64,000 bases of DNA from Perna viridis (Eukaryota), in contig CM074514.1 in NCBI GenBank assembly GCA_037379345.1, forward strand, positions 22,630,001 to 22,694,000. The letters run 5' to 3'. Shown piece by piece: positions 15,177 through 28,696 of this stretch. Made by a program: the position numbers and the translations under genes. Position 1 is the first letter of the stretch; every line of letters starts with the position of its first letter. Under the pieces are notes generated by a model that did no database searches, was not told the DNA's origin, and worked only from the letters and a program-made list of their open reading frames with translations.

Positions 15177-15868
15177 GTAACTGCTTTCTGAATTTAGCAT
15201 ATATATATATACTTTAACTAGGATTAAGAAATGAAGACATATAGTAATTAGTTTAATTATATTTTTAACTTCAGTTTAGTCACAACACGTACAATTGTTT
15301 ATTGGTTCTATTAATAGAATATTTCCTTGTTGATTGTATTGAATGGTACAAATCTGATTGTGACATGGGTTTGTTTAATGTGGGTTTGCTGTCTTGTTGT
15401 TGATGATGATGACTGTGTGAGTATAAGTACATATCATGATTTGATAGTTATATTATGTTGTTTTTTTTCCTGTATATTCTTGTCTTGTTTTGTGAGTACA
15501 TTATTGTATGAATCAGAGGAATGGTAGTTATCTGTCCACAACTATTCTCTAGCTTTATTAATAGTTTGCTCATCCATCAGTATGTTATCATCTTCATAAA
15601 AATTATCAAGAATTTCACTGATATGGTCTCAGCTGTCTGCTCGTTCATTTCTATACTAAACCAGCTGCTTCAAGTTTGGAATGTTTAGTAAATCTGCATG
15701 GTTAAAGTACATACTCCATATAATGGATTTTTTACTAGAATTTCCTTTATGGTGCCTAAGCGGTTGTCATCTGTATAAACTCATTATGAAGTTCAAATAT
15801 ATATAGTTACAGACCTAGATTAATCCTAAGAGGAGGAATGATGGGGCCAGGGAAAGCTATATTTTATA

Positions 15869-16000
15869 GCCTAGCTGGCCGAGTGGTCTAAGGCACTGGA
15901 CTACGTGTAGACGGTGTTGCCATAGATTTCAGAGCAGTATGAGTTCGAGTGCCGTTGAGGGAACAACCAAAAATTTGCTTTGCAAATTTGACAGTTCTAA
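15869..16000 (+). mobile_element. tRNA-derived SINE or tRNA pseudogene
   Basis: A box TGGCCGAGTGG (15876-15886) followed by TCTAAGGC, B-box-like GAGTTCGAGT (15941-15950), a short tail ending in (TA)n, and tatatttt on both flanks. Confidence 0.7.
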
Positions 16001-16427
16001 TATATATATTTTAGTACATTGTGGAACTAAATAACTAGTGTTTATTATCACCATGATCACTATACAATTTAAATTTCTTAAGAACCACAGTAAGGGATTA
16101 TCCCTTTGCAATGCAACTTACAAAATTAAGGTGAATACTTAAGAAAATTGAACTGAAAAATCAAAGGTTACTACAATCTCTTCAGTGCAATGAAACAGAG
16201 GTGTAAGATGAGGCTTTAACAAAGGTTTATTCTGTACTTTTATACATCACTCAAAATATCCTGACATTTGTCAGTATAATGATGTTGTTTTAGTATATTG
16301 ATGTTGCTTCATCAGTTCCCCGTTTGTTTTTGTTCAATAACTTACTAGAAACTGTGTCCTGTATCACTGGCAGGGAATCAGGTCACAGATAAAGATTATG
16401 CAAGGTTAATATATTGTCATTTTAACT

Positions 16428-17450
16428 CTTTTTGGTACATGTGACATTGTTCAAAGAAGATTTAGAGGTTGCTTGTCTATTGAAACTAGAAGATAGATGT
16501 AGACCCATCTCAAACTTTTTCTCAACTCATACTAAGGCCACTTTTTGGTACATGTGACATTGTTCAAAGAAGATTTAGAGGTTGCTTGTCTATTGAAACT
16601 AGAAGATAGATGTAGACCCATCTCAAACTTTTTCTCAACTCATACTAAGGCCACTTTTTGGTACATGTGACATTGTTCAAAGAAGATTTAGAGGTTGCTT
16701 GTCTATTGAAACTAGAAGATAGATGTAGACCCATCTCAAACTTTTTCTCAACTCATACTAAGGCCACTTTTTGGTACATGTGACATTGTTCAAAGAAGAT
16801 TTAGAGGTTGCTTGCCTATTGAAACTAGAAGATAGATGTAGACCCATCTCAAACTTTTTCTCAACTCATACTAAGGCCACTTTTTGGTACATGTGACATT
16901 GTTCAAAGAAGATTTAGAGGTTGCTTGTCTATTGAAACTAGAAGATAGATGTAGACCCATCTCAAACTTTTTCTCAACTCATACTAAAGCCACTTTTTGG
17001 TACATGTGACATTGTTCAAAGAAGATTTAGAGGTTGCTTGTCTATTGAAACTAGAAGATAGATGTAGACCCATCTCAAACTTTTTCTCAACTCATACTAA
17101 GGCCACTTTTTGGTACATGTGACATTGTTCAAAGAAGATTTAGAGGTTGCTTGTCTATTGAAACTAGAAGATAGATGTAGACCCATCTCAAACTTTTTCT
17201 CAACTCATACTAAGGCCACTTTTTGGTACATGTGACATTGTTCAAAGAAGATTTAGAGGTTGCTTGTCTATTGAAACTAGAAGATAGATGTAGACCCATC
17301 TCAAACTTTTTCTCAACTCATACTAAGGCCACTTTTTGGTACATGTGACATTGTTCAAAGAGGATTTAGAGGTTGCTTGTCTATTGAAACTAGAAGATAG
17401 ATGTAGACCCATCTCAAACTTTTTCTCAACTCATACTAAGGCCACTTTTT
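16428..17450. repeat. 113-bp tandem array, 9 near-identical copies
   Basis: The unit anchor tttggtacatgtgac recurs at 16431, 16544, 16657 ... 17335. I saw only three single-base variants. Confidence 0.97.
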
Positions 17451-17749
17451 CGGAAAGTTAAAGTGAAATGTGGAAATTTGTCGATGTCATACTGACCTTA
17501 CATCTAAATTATAGTGCATCATAGGAAGGTGTTTATCTTTATGATTTTTCAGTAGTTTCTCCAAATTTTGGCTGAACTTACACTCTACGGAATGTTAATC
17601 TCTGCAAAGTACCCATGCATTATCACACAAAGCAGGATTTCATGTACTATGGATTGTCTTACTGTATCATTGAACACTTAATATGCCATACACTATAGGA
17701 CAACCCCTGAACTAAGACAAAATGGAGGATGTTATTATTTTATAGAACT

Positions 17750-18185
17750 CTAACAAATAGGCTTCTGGAACAGGGTTATGTTGCTACAAGATTGAAGTAA
17801 TCACTACAGAAGTTTTATGGTCGTTGTCATGAACTCGTGGATCGTGGATCGTTATGGTGTATCCATCAGCACCATGAAAACTGATTTATTCAACGGGTCA
17901 TAGTTTTCCTTCCCTTGTTTGTCTACCCCGGACTTGACTTTTTATGAGCAACTCGGCGGGTGTTTCTAGAAAAGCAGAGGACGCTTACCCTACTGGTGCA
18001 TCTGGTCCATGCTCCTAGTTTCTAGTGGAGTCCAAGTTGCTCATTTACTTTTGTTACTTTGTATGTATGATTTTAGTTACTTTATGTTCTTTGTTGTGTA
18101 TGTCTGTTTTCCATGTCTGGTCTTTGTCCCTGGATTACATTCTTTTGATTACCACTATAACCTTGGTTCCCTTGATTACTCTTTT
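17750..18185 (+). mobile_element. 5'-truncated retroelement: decayed RT C-terminus plus 3' non-coding tail (probably Penelope-like)
   Basis: Translates to RLLEQGYVATRLK*SLQKFYGRCHELVDR/YGVSISTMKTDLF, with a stop and a 7-bp duplication. The tail is shared with two other copies in the window. The family assignment is from recall. Confidence 0.65.
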
Positions 18186-20802
18186 ACTGTCTGTTTGATT
18201 ACTTGACTGCATACTTAAAACTTTATAACTGTACATTTTATAGAGAATTTTTAGGTATTTGCTGACATGACTCAAAAATAGATATTTCATGTTTTGTAGA
18301 ATGATACCATCTATTGCATAAACCAACTGTTCTAATCAGATCATATTCATTTGCAAGGTCATATGAAAGTGTGACACAGTGACTACCCTTAATACACCAA
18401 TAGTGTTTGTTTTTACTTGGTAATTAGATTCTTGTTAATGCATCTAAGCAGTGTTCGCCCTGAACTGATTACTCTGTGGAGTTAGCATAGAGAATAATTA
18501 AAAAAGGCATCATAAAACCGCTTTGATCCTCCATTGCTTTCTTTTTTTGAAGTTTTTCTATGAATTTCATCCAATAACTAATTAATACACAGATTCCATA
18601 TGACCTGAACCAGTTAAGAAAATACATACATGGAGCTGGCATGTCAATTAACTATTAATAGTCCTTAGTCCTTTGTACAGTTGTGTAATTTATTTTCAGT
18701 TTCTATTTTTCCATTATAACAAGGGACTCAGACCTTTTTGAACTGATTTTTAGATGTGTTAAATTGTGTCATATTTCTTCCACAGTGGCCAGATTTTGAA
18801 GGGGTAGGGTTGTGATCACACCAAAGTACTTTAACCCCACCATTTTTTTGCACCTGTCCCCAAGTCAGAAATTTCTGGCCTCAGAATGTTGTGTTTAGTT
18901 TTCACATTTAGTTAATTTTTTATGTTACTTGAGTATATTGGAGCAACTCTTTCGCTGTACCTGTGTAGTATAATGATGTTTTGGGGCCAGCTGCAGCTTG
19001 TCCTGTCAAGGATTTCTCACTGTTCATTGAAGACCAATGGGTGGCCTTGGGCTGATATTTTCATCCTAGTGGGGTTGTTGTCTCTTTGACATATACACCA
19101 TACCTATTCGTGAGTGTTGTTATAAAATGCTATGATTCTCTTTGTCATCCATCCAAAGACATTAAGTTAGCAAAATAACTTCATAAAAACTCAATGGATG
19201 TCTATGAAATTGTACTAGGCATTATGACTTCAACCACTAAGGAATAAGGGATGAAAAATTTTTTTTTCTTGTTTCCACTCAATGACTTGTGTTAAAATGT
19301 ATGGATCTCTATGAAACTGTACCAGAAGGTTCCATTCCTTGAAAGTCAGGCTGGAATTGATTTTGAAGGTTATTACCATAATCCCTTAAAACAAAGATTT
19401 TTCTGTTTACTTAACAATAATTTTGGAAAAAGTGTATTGATCTCTATGTACCACATTGTTTCATTCTGGGGAAAAGAATGTTGGCATGGATATTTTAGGT
19501 TATGACTTTAAGGATTTGGGGGACAGTGTACCAAAAACAAACATTTTTTTATGATTTTCACATGCTATCTTTAGTACTAGTATTTGGATTTTCATTAAAT
19601 TACAATGCTCTATATCACAAAATTAAGGATTAACATAAATTAAATTTAACACTTTAAAAAGCACATAATGTTTACTGAGTACATGGACAATCTGATGCCT
19701 TCATACTTCCCGTATTGAGTCTATATATATATAATTTTTGACCAGCTTCATCTTGATTAATCACAATCCGAATTCAGAGCTATATCAATAGTTGTGTTTC
19801 TATTCAGATTCAACTTCTTCAGTCATATCAAACTGTGACCTCCCAAGTATTTTATTTTAAAATAGTTGTTGTAATGTTATAGCAAAAAAATACAGCATGT
19901 TGTTAATGTAGACATATTCAATGATATTAAATAAATATAAAATGAGATTTAGCTAAAATGTAATAAAACTGGTAAAAACTTATACAATAACTACAACATA
20001 TTGCATTGATTATTTTTTAACATTATAAAACAAGGTAGTCATTTGATTAGGAATTATGTTGGAATTCAGAAATTATGTAGAAAATAATCTGTAGTTTAGC
20101 TTAGTCTTTATTTTTTTCTACTTCTTTTCTTAAATCCAGAATAATTCCAATTTTGAAAAATACCTTATTTCAGCTATATTTCAGTGTGCTGTTAACTTGA
20201 AAGCGGTCAGATTTAAAGGTGAAGTAAATCACAGGTCCAACAACATTCACGTTCAACAAGTAGTATTTTATTTTGAAAACTAAGAAAAAAGTTCGAACTT
20301 TCTTATTTTTTATCCATCTTTCCATCACAAATAAATTGTCTTTCAATCAAACTTTACATCAGATTTTTGGTTTGATTAATTTTTTAATTAATTTATATAA
20401 TTATCAACACTGTCAAACATACACATAAAAAATCTACATTACTGTATTTTTAACATGACAAGGATATTAATGAACTGCACATGTTGGGGATGTATATGAT
20501 GAGCTTTTATCTTATCATACGTTACTCCCCTCCTTGCAGAGTGGACTGATCCTGTTGCAGGATGTTATGATTGAAGTTCATTACCAGACTTGTATCAGCT
20601 GATAGGGGTTTGGTAATCCTTAATGGAACACCACAGGGGCCCTTCTTACACCCCCAGGGATTAAGGAACTTCATATTTGTGAAATTCACATCAGTCTGTG
20701 ACAGAATGACATTTCTAATGATTCTAATTTTACTGTGTGTATTATGACAATAAACAGCTGATTTAGCAAAACATAGTGGCAGTATTCTTGGTTTTTTTGG
20801 AT

Positions 20803-20836
20803 ATGGCTTGCCTTGTTCAAAACACAAGTACAGTTG
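20803..20836 (+). CDS. Candidate MRTF alternative first coding segment (MACLVQNTSTV-)
   Basis: ATG at 20803 and G|GTGAGT donor at 20837. Phase 1, compatible with exon A. Confidence 0.3.
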
Positions 20837-23800
20837 GTGAGTCTATTTCATACTTGTACAGTTATAACAATATCTTAATGTTAACTTCCCCTTCATAAGT
20901 ATTTAGTTCCAATTTGAAGTGCCCATTTATTTTACAATAGTTAGAATTTTTTACACAAATAATATTATATGTAGCAACCAACTATATTTTCTTGGTTGAT
21001 AAATATTGCTAAATAACAACAGTGCATGTAAGACATCAGAATTTTTCCTTCCATAGATTGGTTTAAAACATAATATTTTTTGACTTCACATCACCCATAA
21101 TATTGTATTAATAAGTTATATGTTTTTTAACATCAAAATAGTTGTTTCTTAATTAGTAAGATTTGTTATATAGGTACTAATGCTATGTGATCAACAAAAA
21201 CACTCTTAGTTCTTAATGGTGCATCATGAGTTTACAACCACTTCTTGTTAATAATCATTAATGGACCCTCATTAACCAATACATTTTGATTGCTAGGGAT
21301 ACATTTTTCTATTTATTTATCTAATTTTATCCTAAGATTAACCCCTATTAGTGTTTTGCCTGAAGCCTTCCTGTATGTTTTTGTTAAGACAGACATAAAA
21401 TTTAAAGGTTAATAAAACATGGGATTAAATTATAAGGTTCATCAAATAAAATTGAACTTCACAGATGGTTGAATAAATTAACTGACATTTCAATTAACCA
21501 TGACTGATTAGTATTTTCTGTAGAACAAATGTTAGTCATTTTTCCTATATTTACATAATGAAAATATGTGTTTAGAGATAAGAAAAGCATAAAATTCCAA
21601 TCTCTGGAGTTCCATCAGTGCAGTATCTGATTGTAAACAGTTCAGTGTTAGACAAAACTTTTACACTATATACTTCCTATCAGAAACTGAAAGGAAAACT
21701 TTCTGGTGTACTCTCCCACTACATGTACTCAAATCTAATAGGGAGTTTTGAAATGTTTTTTTTTATGATAGGGCAAATGTAAAGCTTATTAGATGAACTA
21801 TTGTAATTGAACCTTCCAAATAATAATAAACCTATGTTAATTTAATTATGAAAGGTGGTTTCTAAGTCCTCATATATGGTGTTCAGAGTAAGTTTGATTT
21901 GTATTTTGTTGTTTTCATTTTTCTGTGGAAATTTGTTTGTACCCAAAAGTACAGATTTTTTTTATCTTAAACAAAAACACCTACAGAAGTTGGGTATTTT
22001 TTGGTATGTTGTGGAAACTTAATGTTACAGATCACCATTTCTTTATTGACCTTATAATGTACCTTGGACATAGAAAAGTTCAGAGAAATATCACCATGAC
22101 TTTATTCTAGTTTTATTAATGTAATTACATTATGTCAGAAACCATTTCTGTGTTAATCATTTAATGAAGGTCATCATTATCAAAAATAAGAGACCTGTCA
22201 AGCTTACATACAGAGTTATTTTGTTATGGGTTCAACATTTGCTATGGGTGTATTTATGTCACTCCAAAACAACTGGTTCTAAAATGGGTTTATTATATCA
22301 TCATGTTCAAGCAGTTTATTTTTTATTACATATCAATTTCCTTTTCATTAACAATTATTTAAATGTTTACATGCTCACATGTTAAATGTGAACTTTTTTA
22401 GATTAGCCTACAAATCAGTGTTGGTGTGGAGGTTATTCCCCTCAATCATATTTTTCAAGGCTTTTTTGTCTGCCAATGCAGGTTTAAGGTCAATACTCTG
22501 TAAGTTTTTTTATGCATGGGTAGCCGAAAAATCACATCAACAATAACCAATGGGCAGACATTTTTATCTCTTCTGAACAGCTGTTAGAGGCAATATTTTT
22601 TGAACATCTGATATGAAAATTAAAATCAGCAGCATCCTGTCTGTGGTCAAAATCTAATAGTTAGTTTTGTGGTTCTGAGTGAGTCAGCAATACTTTCTAC
22701 AGCTGTTCTTACCTCAGTTTTTTTTGGTGAGGTTCAATAGATTGTCGATAATGAGGATGACTTCTGTCATTTCTATTGGTTTTCCCCAGTAAAAGGTACT
22801 ATAAGATGATATATTTGACTCCACAGAGAGAGTGGGACAACTTACTGGTTTATGTATAGTGATGATTACAACTGCTTCTATGTATTGCCGTCTTTGGGAT
22901 TGTCTGAGTAGGTCCTCCTTTGAATTGATTAGTAAGGTATTTCAAAAAAATCAAAGCTTTGATTAACCACAGAACATTTCCTGACTGCCTTACTTATTCT
23001 GTAAAGGTTCGTGGAATAATGAAGTACAAAGTTACTTTAGTATTCATCTTAAAGCATCTTAATGTCTTATTCATTGCTTTGTTACAAACGATTATCTTCT
23101 GAGAGAAAAACTAGTCAAAAACTAGGTGAAAATTTGTTTAGAACACTATGAAACTAAATGTTTATGTTACTAATATACATTGGTCACCATTGCTTCTGAT
23201 AATCTGAAGAAAAGTATGCCTAAATATAAGTACTGGTGTGTAGAATAAATCTGACTCATTGTGACAGTTTCTTTTTAATATTGTACTTTTAGTTTGTTTG
23301 TTACATCCAGTTAAATGGATGGGATGACTACTCTACATATGTATGTATATATGTGTTGGAACTGCCCTTTTACTATCCCTGGCATGTTATCACATGATGT
23401 AACAATTGTCTACATGTATTATAGTGTGTTTATTCTGTTGTAATTATTGATAATGAAAGATGTTGACGAAGCATAAGCTAAGTTGGTCAGTCCTTATTAC
23501 TGAGGAAAACATTATTTACATTAATGATGGTTCTTCTTACATATGTTTATATATTGGTTATAGGTGCTAAAAGGGACCCAGAGATTTATTATCTTAAAAG
23601 TACACAATATATATACCATAGGGGATTTCACACCTTAACTCATATTCACTGACTGTCCAGAACTATAAAAAAAGAACTTTAGAAATAAAATAATTGATGG
23701 GTTGTGGATCTACAAAATCACTTAATTGCAATGTACATGCCAGGTATATCTCTTGTTTTCTGTGTTAGTCTTTCCTTAAGCATTCTTATTTATGATTAAA

Positions 23801-26800
23801 AAATCAATTCTTTAGGGTCTTCGTTTGTATTTCTAGTGCTTTTTATTGTCTCTTTATAAACTTATGTTTTGGCCAAAAAATAGGAACTATGGCTTGTTGT
23901 ATAGAACAAACTTCATACTATTGCGTTACAAATTTTTTTTTTATCAGAAAATCTAACATGACAACATAGAAATGTGCTTCTGAAAAGTTAGTTTTAATGT
24001 GTGCTAACTGAAAGTGAAAGTTGAAAAATTGCTATTCATAGTTCAAAGAGTACTTTCTCCACAAACTTCATGGACTTATCAGTGCTTCATAAGTAAAAGT
24101 TTAATTGAATCAATTTTTAAACTTTAAAAAAAAAATCTTAAAAATGTGAGTTTACTCTAGAAGTCAAGGGGAAAATATAACCAGGACTGATACCTGAAAA
24201 CTATTACAGAAATATGTTGCTATCAAAAGTGTTAGAAGGTCAGTAATTACAATACTAGCTTATGTGAATACTGATTTCAGTTTTACCTATTTATGCCTTA
24301 AACATTATGTATAGTGTTTTGTCATGCATATCTACTGTGTATATTTAGAGAGAAAAAAACATAAAGCCCAAATACCTAATGTCGCCATGGCATTATTAAA
24401 AGTAGTATTGTGTGGAAGATTCTATGCTTTAATGTACTATGATAACCTCAAAAGCAGATGCATAACAATAACAAACATTAAATAAAACTATAATAAAAGT
24501 ACACTCAAAACTGCATAGCAGAGGAAAGATTTGCAGAATTTTGCAAGTTGTACAGACAGTCAAAAACTATCATCATGGAGTAAGAAGAAATATAGCCCTG
24601 TATTTTTATCATGAATATTGGTATCCACAAGTGAATGTGCTTTGTCTGTTAATCATATTAGAGATAGTACCTTCTTCAAAGTCTTATTACAGGATTACTT
24701 ACACTAGATTACACTTTACATGATATTTATATTGTAACAACCCCACTGGTCAAAGAGGTTATCCTGTTGATGTTTGGTAGTAATACATGTACAATCCCTT
24801 ATCTAGATATCCATCTTCAAAAGTACCATATCATATGTAGGTGACTTGAAAAATACTTTTTTTACAACTGAATATAAGGTTTAAAATAATGTTTACAAAT
24901 ATAGATTTTTAATTTTCTTTATTTCAACAATAAACTTCCTGAGTGTTAGTATAAGGAAACACAACAATACAAACAATGAATTACAGTTCTATAAAAATTA
25001 GGAGGTTATTTCCTGCATTAAGTTGAACTCCTTGATATTGTTTAGACCTGGTTTTACTCACTCAGTTTAGGAATACCATTTGGATAAAGCTCAGATTTAT
25101 TTTCATTTGTAAGTTAGGTTGCTTTTACATGAAACATCCTTATAACCATATGTTAATATTGCTGCATCCTTTGAGGAACATGGTAAATTCTAGTTTACAA
25201 TTGTATGTTTTTATGACACTTGCATTAAGTAATTAAAATATGTTTGAGCCTGAAAAGAAATTGCTGATTCTTGAGTTTGCTTTACCTTTTCAAGAATCAA
25301 ATTTATAGGGACCAAGTATGTCATGTTTAAAGTATAGTGCCAATTTTATTGCTTGTGTTCTAATTTGAAGCTCTATCTTGTGTAACTTTGTGGGTTTTAT
25401 GTTGTGTTGAAGAATTTGGTTTTGGCAAGATTGTGATGCAATTAAAACTAAATGTTATTTTTCACTTTGTATCATATGAACAACAAAAAATAACAGTTGC
25501 AATTGTAGACACGACTTATTTCAAATGATTATTGTTCAAGAGTTGTCAGGAAATATCAAATGATTCAGAAACAAACTTGTGTCATGGTATTCTAGCAGTG
25601 TTTTTGGCAGTAGGTTTTTCCAGATTTCACTGAAGTTGGCAACCTGTTTTCATAAAACCATTTGTTGTTTGTGTAAGAATTTACTATGAAGCTTCCAACT
25701 CACTTTGAAGACTGGTTCTCATCATAGTAAAGCTTTAAATTCAGATCTGTTTTTCTATGTTTTGATTGAAGGGTATTAATTTATGGTAGAAAATGTCAGG
25801 ATTTGTGGTGTCTGGTATATCTTAGGTTTCATAGTTCATCTTACTGCATTTTCTGGTCAATTATAATGACATGAATGGTTTGTTTGGTGTCTGGCTTTCA
25901 CAGTTTTCTAAGTAAAAATGCTTTGAAATGAAAAAAAAAATAGTTTCTCAGATACTGTTTTATGAATGCTAACTTTTCCAAATGTTTAATGGATATAGAA
26001 TTAAAATTCCAAAAGAATTTGGAAAAGCATGAAATAAGAATTAAAATATTACTGATTTCACTCAAGTGCTAAAATTTAACCATTGGTTTCAGTACACAAA
26101 GGTTATTGCCTGTTAAAATTGCCTACCTGTATCTTTAGCATGTTATCTCATTAAAGAAACATATTACTTCAGTCTTTACTATCCATTTGTCTTTTTATTA
26201 TTGTGCTATATGATAATATTAGAAATTTTATGTTCTTCTGGAACTTATTTGCCTATCAACTTCAAAAAGATGCTCAATAAAGAAAATCAGAAATCAAACA
26301 ATCAAAATTGCTAAATAATGTCAGAAATGTTCAGAAAATTAATAGCTTTATACAAAACAATGTGCTCTGGTTAAGAAGCTTGGTTCCAGTAGTTCATGTT
26401 GTATATGCTATATATAGTTGACTACTACTTGACACCTTTATTCTTGTTGTGAATTATGTTTCATCATTAAGTGATAATATTGTTGGAACTCTATTTTCTT
26501 CCTACAATGTCATACATGCACATGTTGTAAATATATGACTCAGAGAATACAACTGGACTTCAAGGGTTGAGAGTCAATGCTTAACTGTAAGTCTTGTTAA
26601 TGTGGGTTCCTATAGATTGGCATTATCAGGCTCAAATGGTACCTATAGATTAAGATACATGTTCAATCTTAGTTCTGTCATTTTTCTATCATAGGTAAGA
26701 AATCTTGTAAAACATACATGATGATCACTGAATATTATAATTGGTACAGTAATTAATAGCATATTATATTTAATTATATCAATGTAATTTTAATATCTTT

Positions 26801-26804
26801 TCAG

Positions 26805-27047
26805 ACTCTAGCAGTAGTTCTAGCTGGTCGCCCCTGTATGGGGGCGGAGCACACCTAGATCAGGAGGCTATACAGTACATCCACAAATTTTATTGTAAAG
26901 ACTGTAGGATGGAAGCAGAGAAAGCAAAAGCTGCTGCAGCTGAAGGGGCATCATCTAAACAGGAGGGGGAGGAAGAGAAACCAGTCAGTCCTCAATCATC
27001 TCTAGAGGAATTGTCACTTCAACAGAGCATGGACAAAAATAAAGAAT
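26805..27047 (+). CDS. MRTF: MRTF coding exon A (N-terminal; internal ATG at 26909)
   Basis: Acceptor tcttttcag at 26804 and donor gtatgt at 27048. The frame is open throughout: (D)SSSSSSWSPLYGG...DCRMEAEKAKAAAAEG...SLQQSMDKNKE. Phase 1 joins the RPEL1 exon. Confidence 0.8.
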
Positions 27048-28178
27048 GTATGTATCCGTCTTGTATAACAGTTACTTATACATCAGTAATTTGTTGACTA
27101 CAGAAGGGACAGTGGCATTGAATGAAATGCCAGTAATGCCCATGCTCAACCTGAAGTCCTCTACCTTAAATTTTTGTTGGTTATGTAGGAAATCGAGAAA
27201 TCACTGTAGTGAGTCCCCCATGTCAGAAATTATTAATCTGCACCCTAATTGAACTCTGTCAATTTATTTATCACTTCTGTCAATGGAACTGTCTGATCAA
27301 CTCTCTGCCAAGAAAATTGTTGTATAAACCTTTGTCAATGGATTTGTTTTACCACCTCTCTGTCAGTGGAATTCGTCAAGACAGAATAAAAACACAATAT
27401 CATCAATTTGAAGCAGTAGGTTAAGTACAAGAATTAAACGGTTCCAAAAACTACATGGATAAAACTCACCTACAGAATGGTTTAGAAAAGAGTTCCTGGC
27501 AGGAATTTTACAGATTTTCTCAACATTATTTTTGGTTTTTTGGGAACTGAGCCTGTTGGAGAAATGCAAGCACTCATGCACTTGTTAGAATGTCATCATA
27601 ACCATTGGTAATATAATGTCTGATTACATGCTTACTTGCACAGTAATGCAAACTGTTTATTTACTTTGATTCTGTTGACATTCATATAGGCTAATGAGTA
27701 AAAGTATGTTGGCAATAATATATCATCCTTCTCTCCCAAGTAAATTCTTCTGGTCCTTACTTTACTGACAATTTTCCATAGATGAATCTTTGTACCCAAC
27801 TTGCTGTGTGGTTTGGGAAATAGGACAAAACAGTGTAATTGATTGTTCTCATGTCTAAATTAAGCACTTCACTCTGAAATAAACTCCAAAGTATGAAATT
27901 TCTGGTAGAATGAAGAATGTATTATATCCCATAACTATACAAATCTTTAATGGAAATATATTATATTTATACAAAAAAAATTAAATGACTGAATTTTCAT
28001 TTTTTGTAGGGTGGGAATATAAGAGAGAAGACCTATAACTAGTGAATCATTAATTACCTACTTAATAGGTTAATTCCTTCATAAAGAAAAGTAAATTCAG
28101 ATTTTCCCTACATGTTCATTGTTGTCAATTGTGAAGCAACTTTTCTGTTTGACTGTGGAGTATTATCTGTATTTTCAG

Positions 28179-28244
28179 CATTAAAACGGAAGCTGATGAT
28201 GAGGAGGTCTGTTAATGAGCTGGTTGACCAAGGAATATATCCAC
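28179..28244 (+). CDS. MRTF: MRTF exon B, RPEL motif 1
   Basis: attttcag|...|gtatgt. Encodes SLKRKLMMRRSVNELVDQGIYP, matching MRTF RPEL1 (RRxxxELVxQGIxP). Confidence 0.93.
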
Positions 28245-28450
28245 GTATGTATTAACTCATGATTTCATGTAAGAATGTGATTATAGCAGAAGTGTGTGAA
28301 ATTTTTATATTCATTTTGCCTGATAGGCAAGTAACTTTCAATTTCAACTTACCAAATATAAAATTTCACCAGACAACCTGCCCCAAGTACAACTTATGAA
28401 CACTGAGCATTAAGTATCAGGTTGGTAGATATGTTCTGAAGTGTAAAAGT

Positions 28451-28696
28451 GAACTTTTTATTAGCAACTCTGCAGGTTCTTCTAGAAAAGCAGAGGATGC
28501 TTACCCTACCAGTGCACCTGGTCCATGCTCCCAGTTTTAAGTGGAGTCTGAGTTGCTTATTTGCTTTTGTTGCTCTGTGTTATTTTAGTTACTTTATGTT
28601 CTTTGTTGTGTTTGTCTGTTTTCCATGTCTGGTCTTTGTCCCTGTATTACATGCTTTTGATTTCCACCAGAATCTTGGTTCCCTTGATTACTCTTT
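28451..28696 (+). repeat. Dispersed repeat, third copy of the same tail
   Basis: ctagaaaagcagaggatgcttaccctaccagtgcacctggtccatgctc...cttggttcccttgattactcttt. Confidence 0.9.

Noticed and set aside
15869-15960. Functional tRNA-Leu/Ser gene
   Set aside because: A/B boxes are present, but I could not form a proper acceptor stem or anticodon arm. It continues into a SINE-like tail.
16428-17450. CRISPR-like array
   Set aside because: The units are contiguous and identical with no unique spacers. There are no cas genes and the context is eukaryotic.
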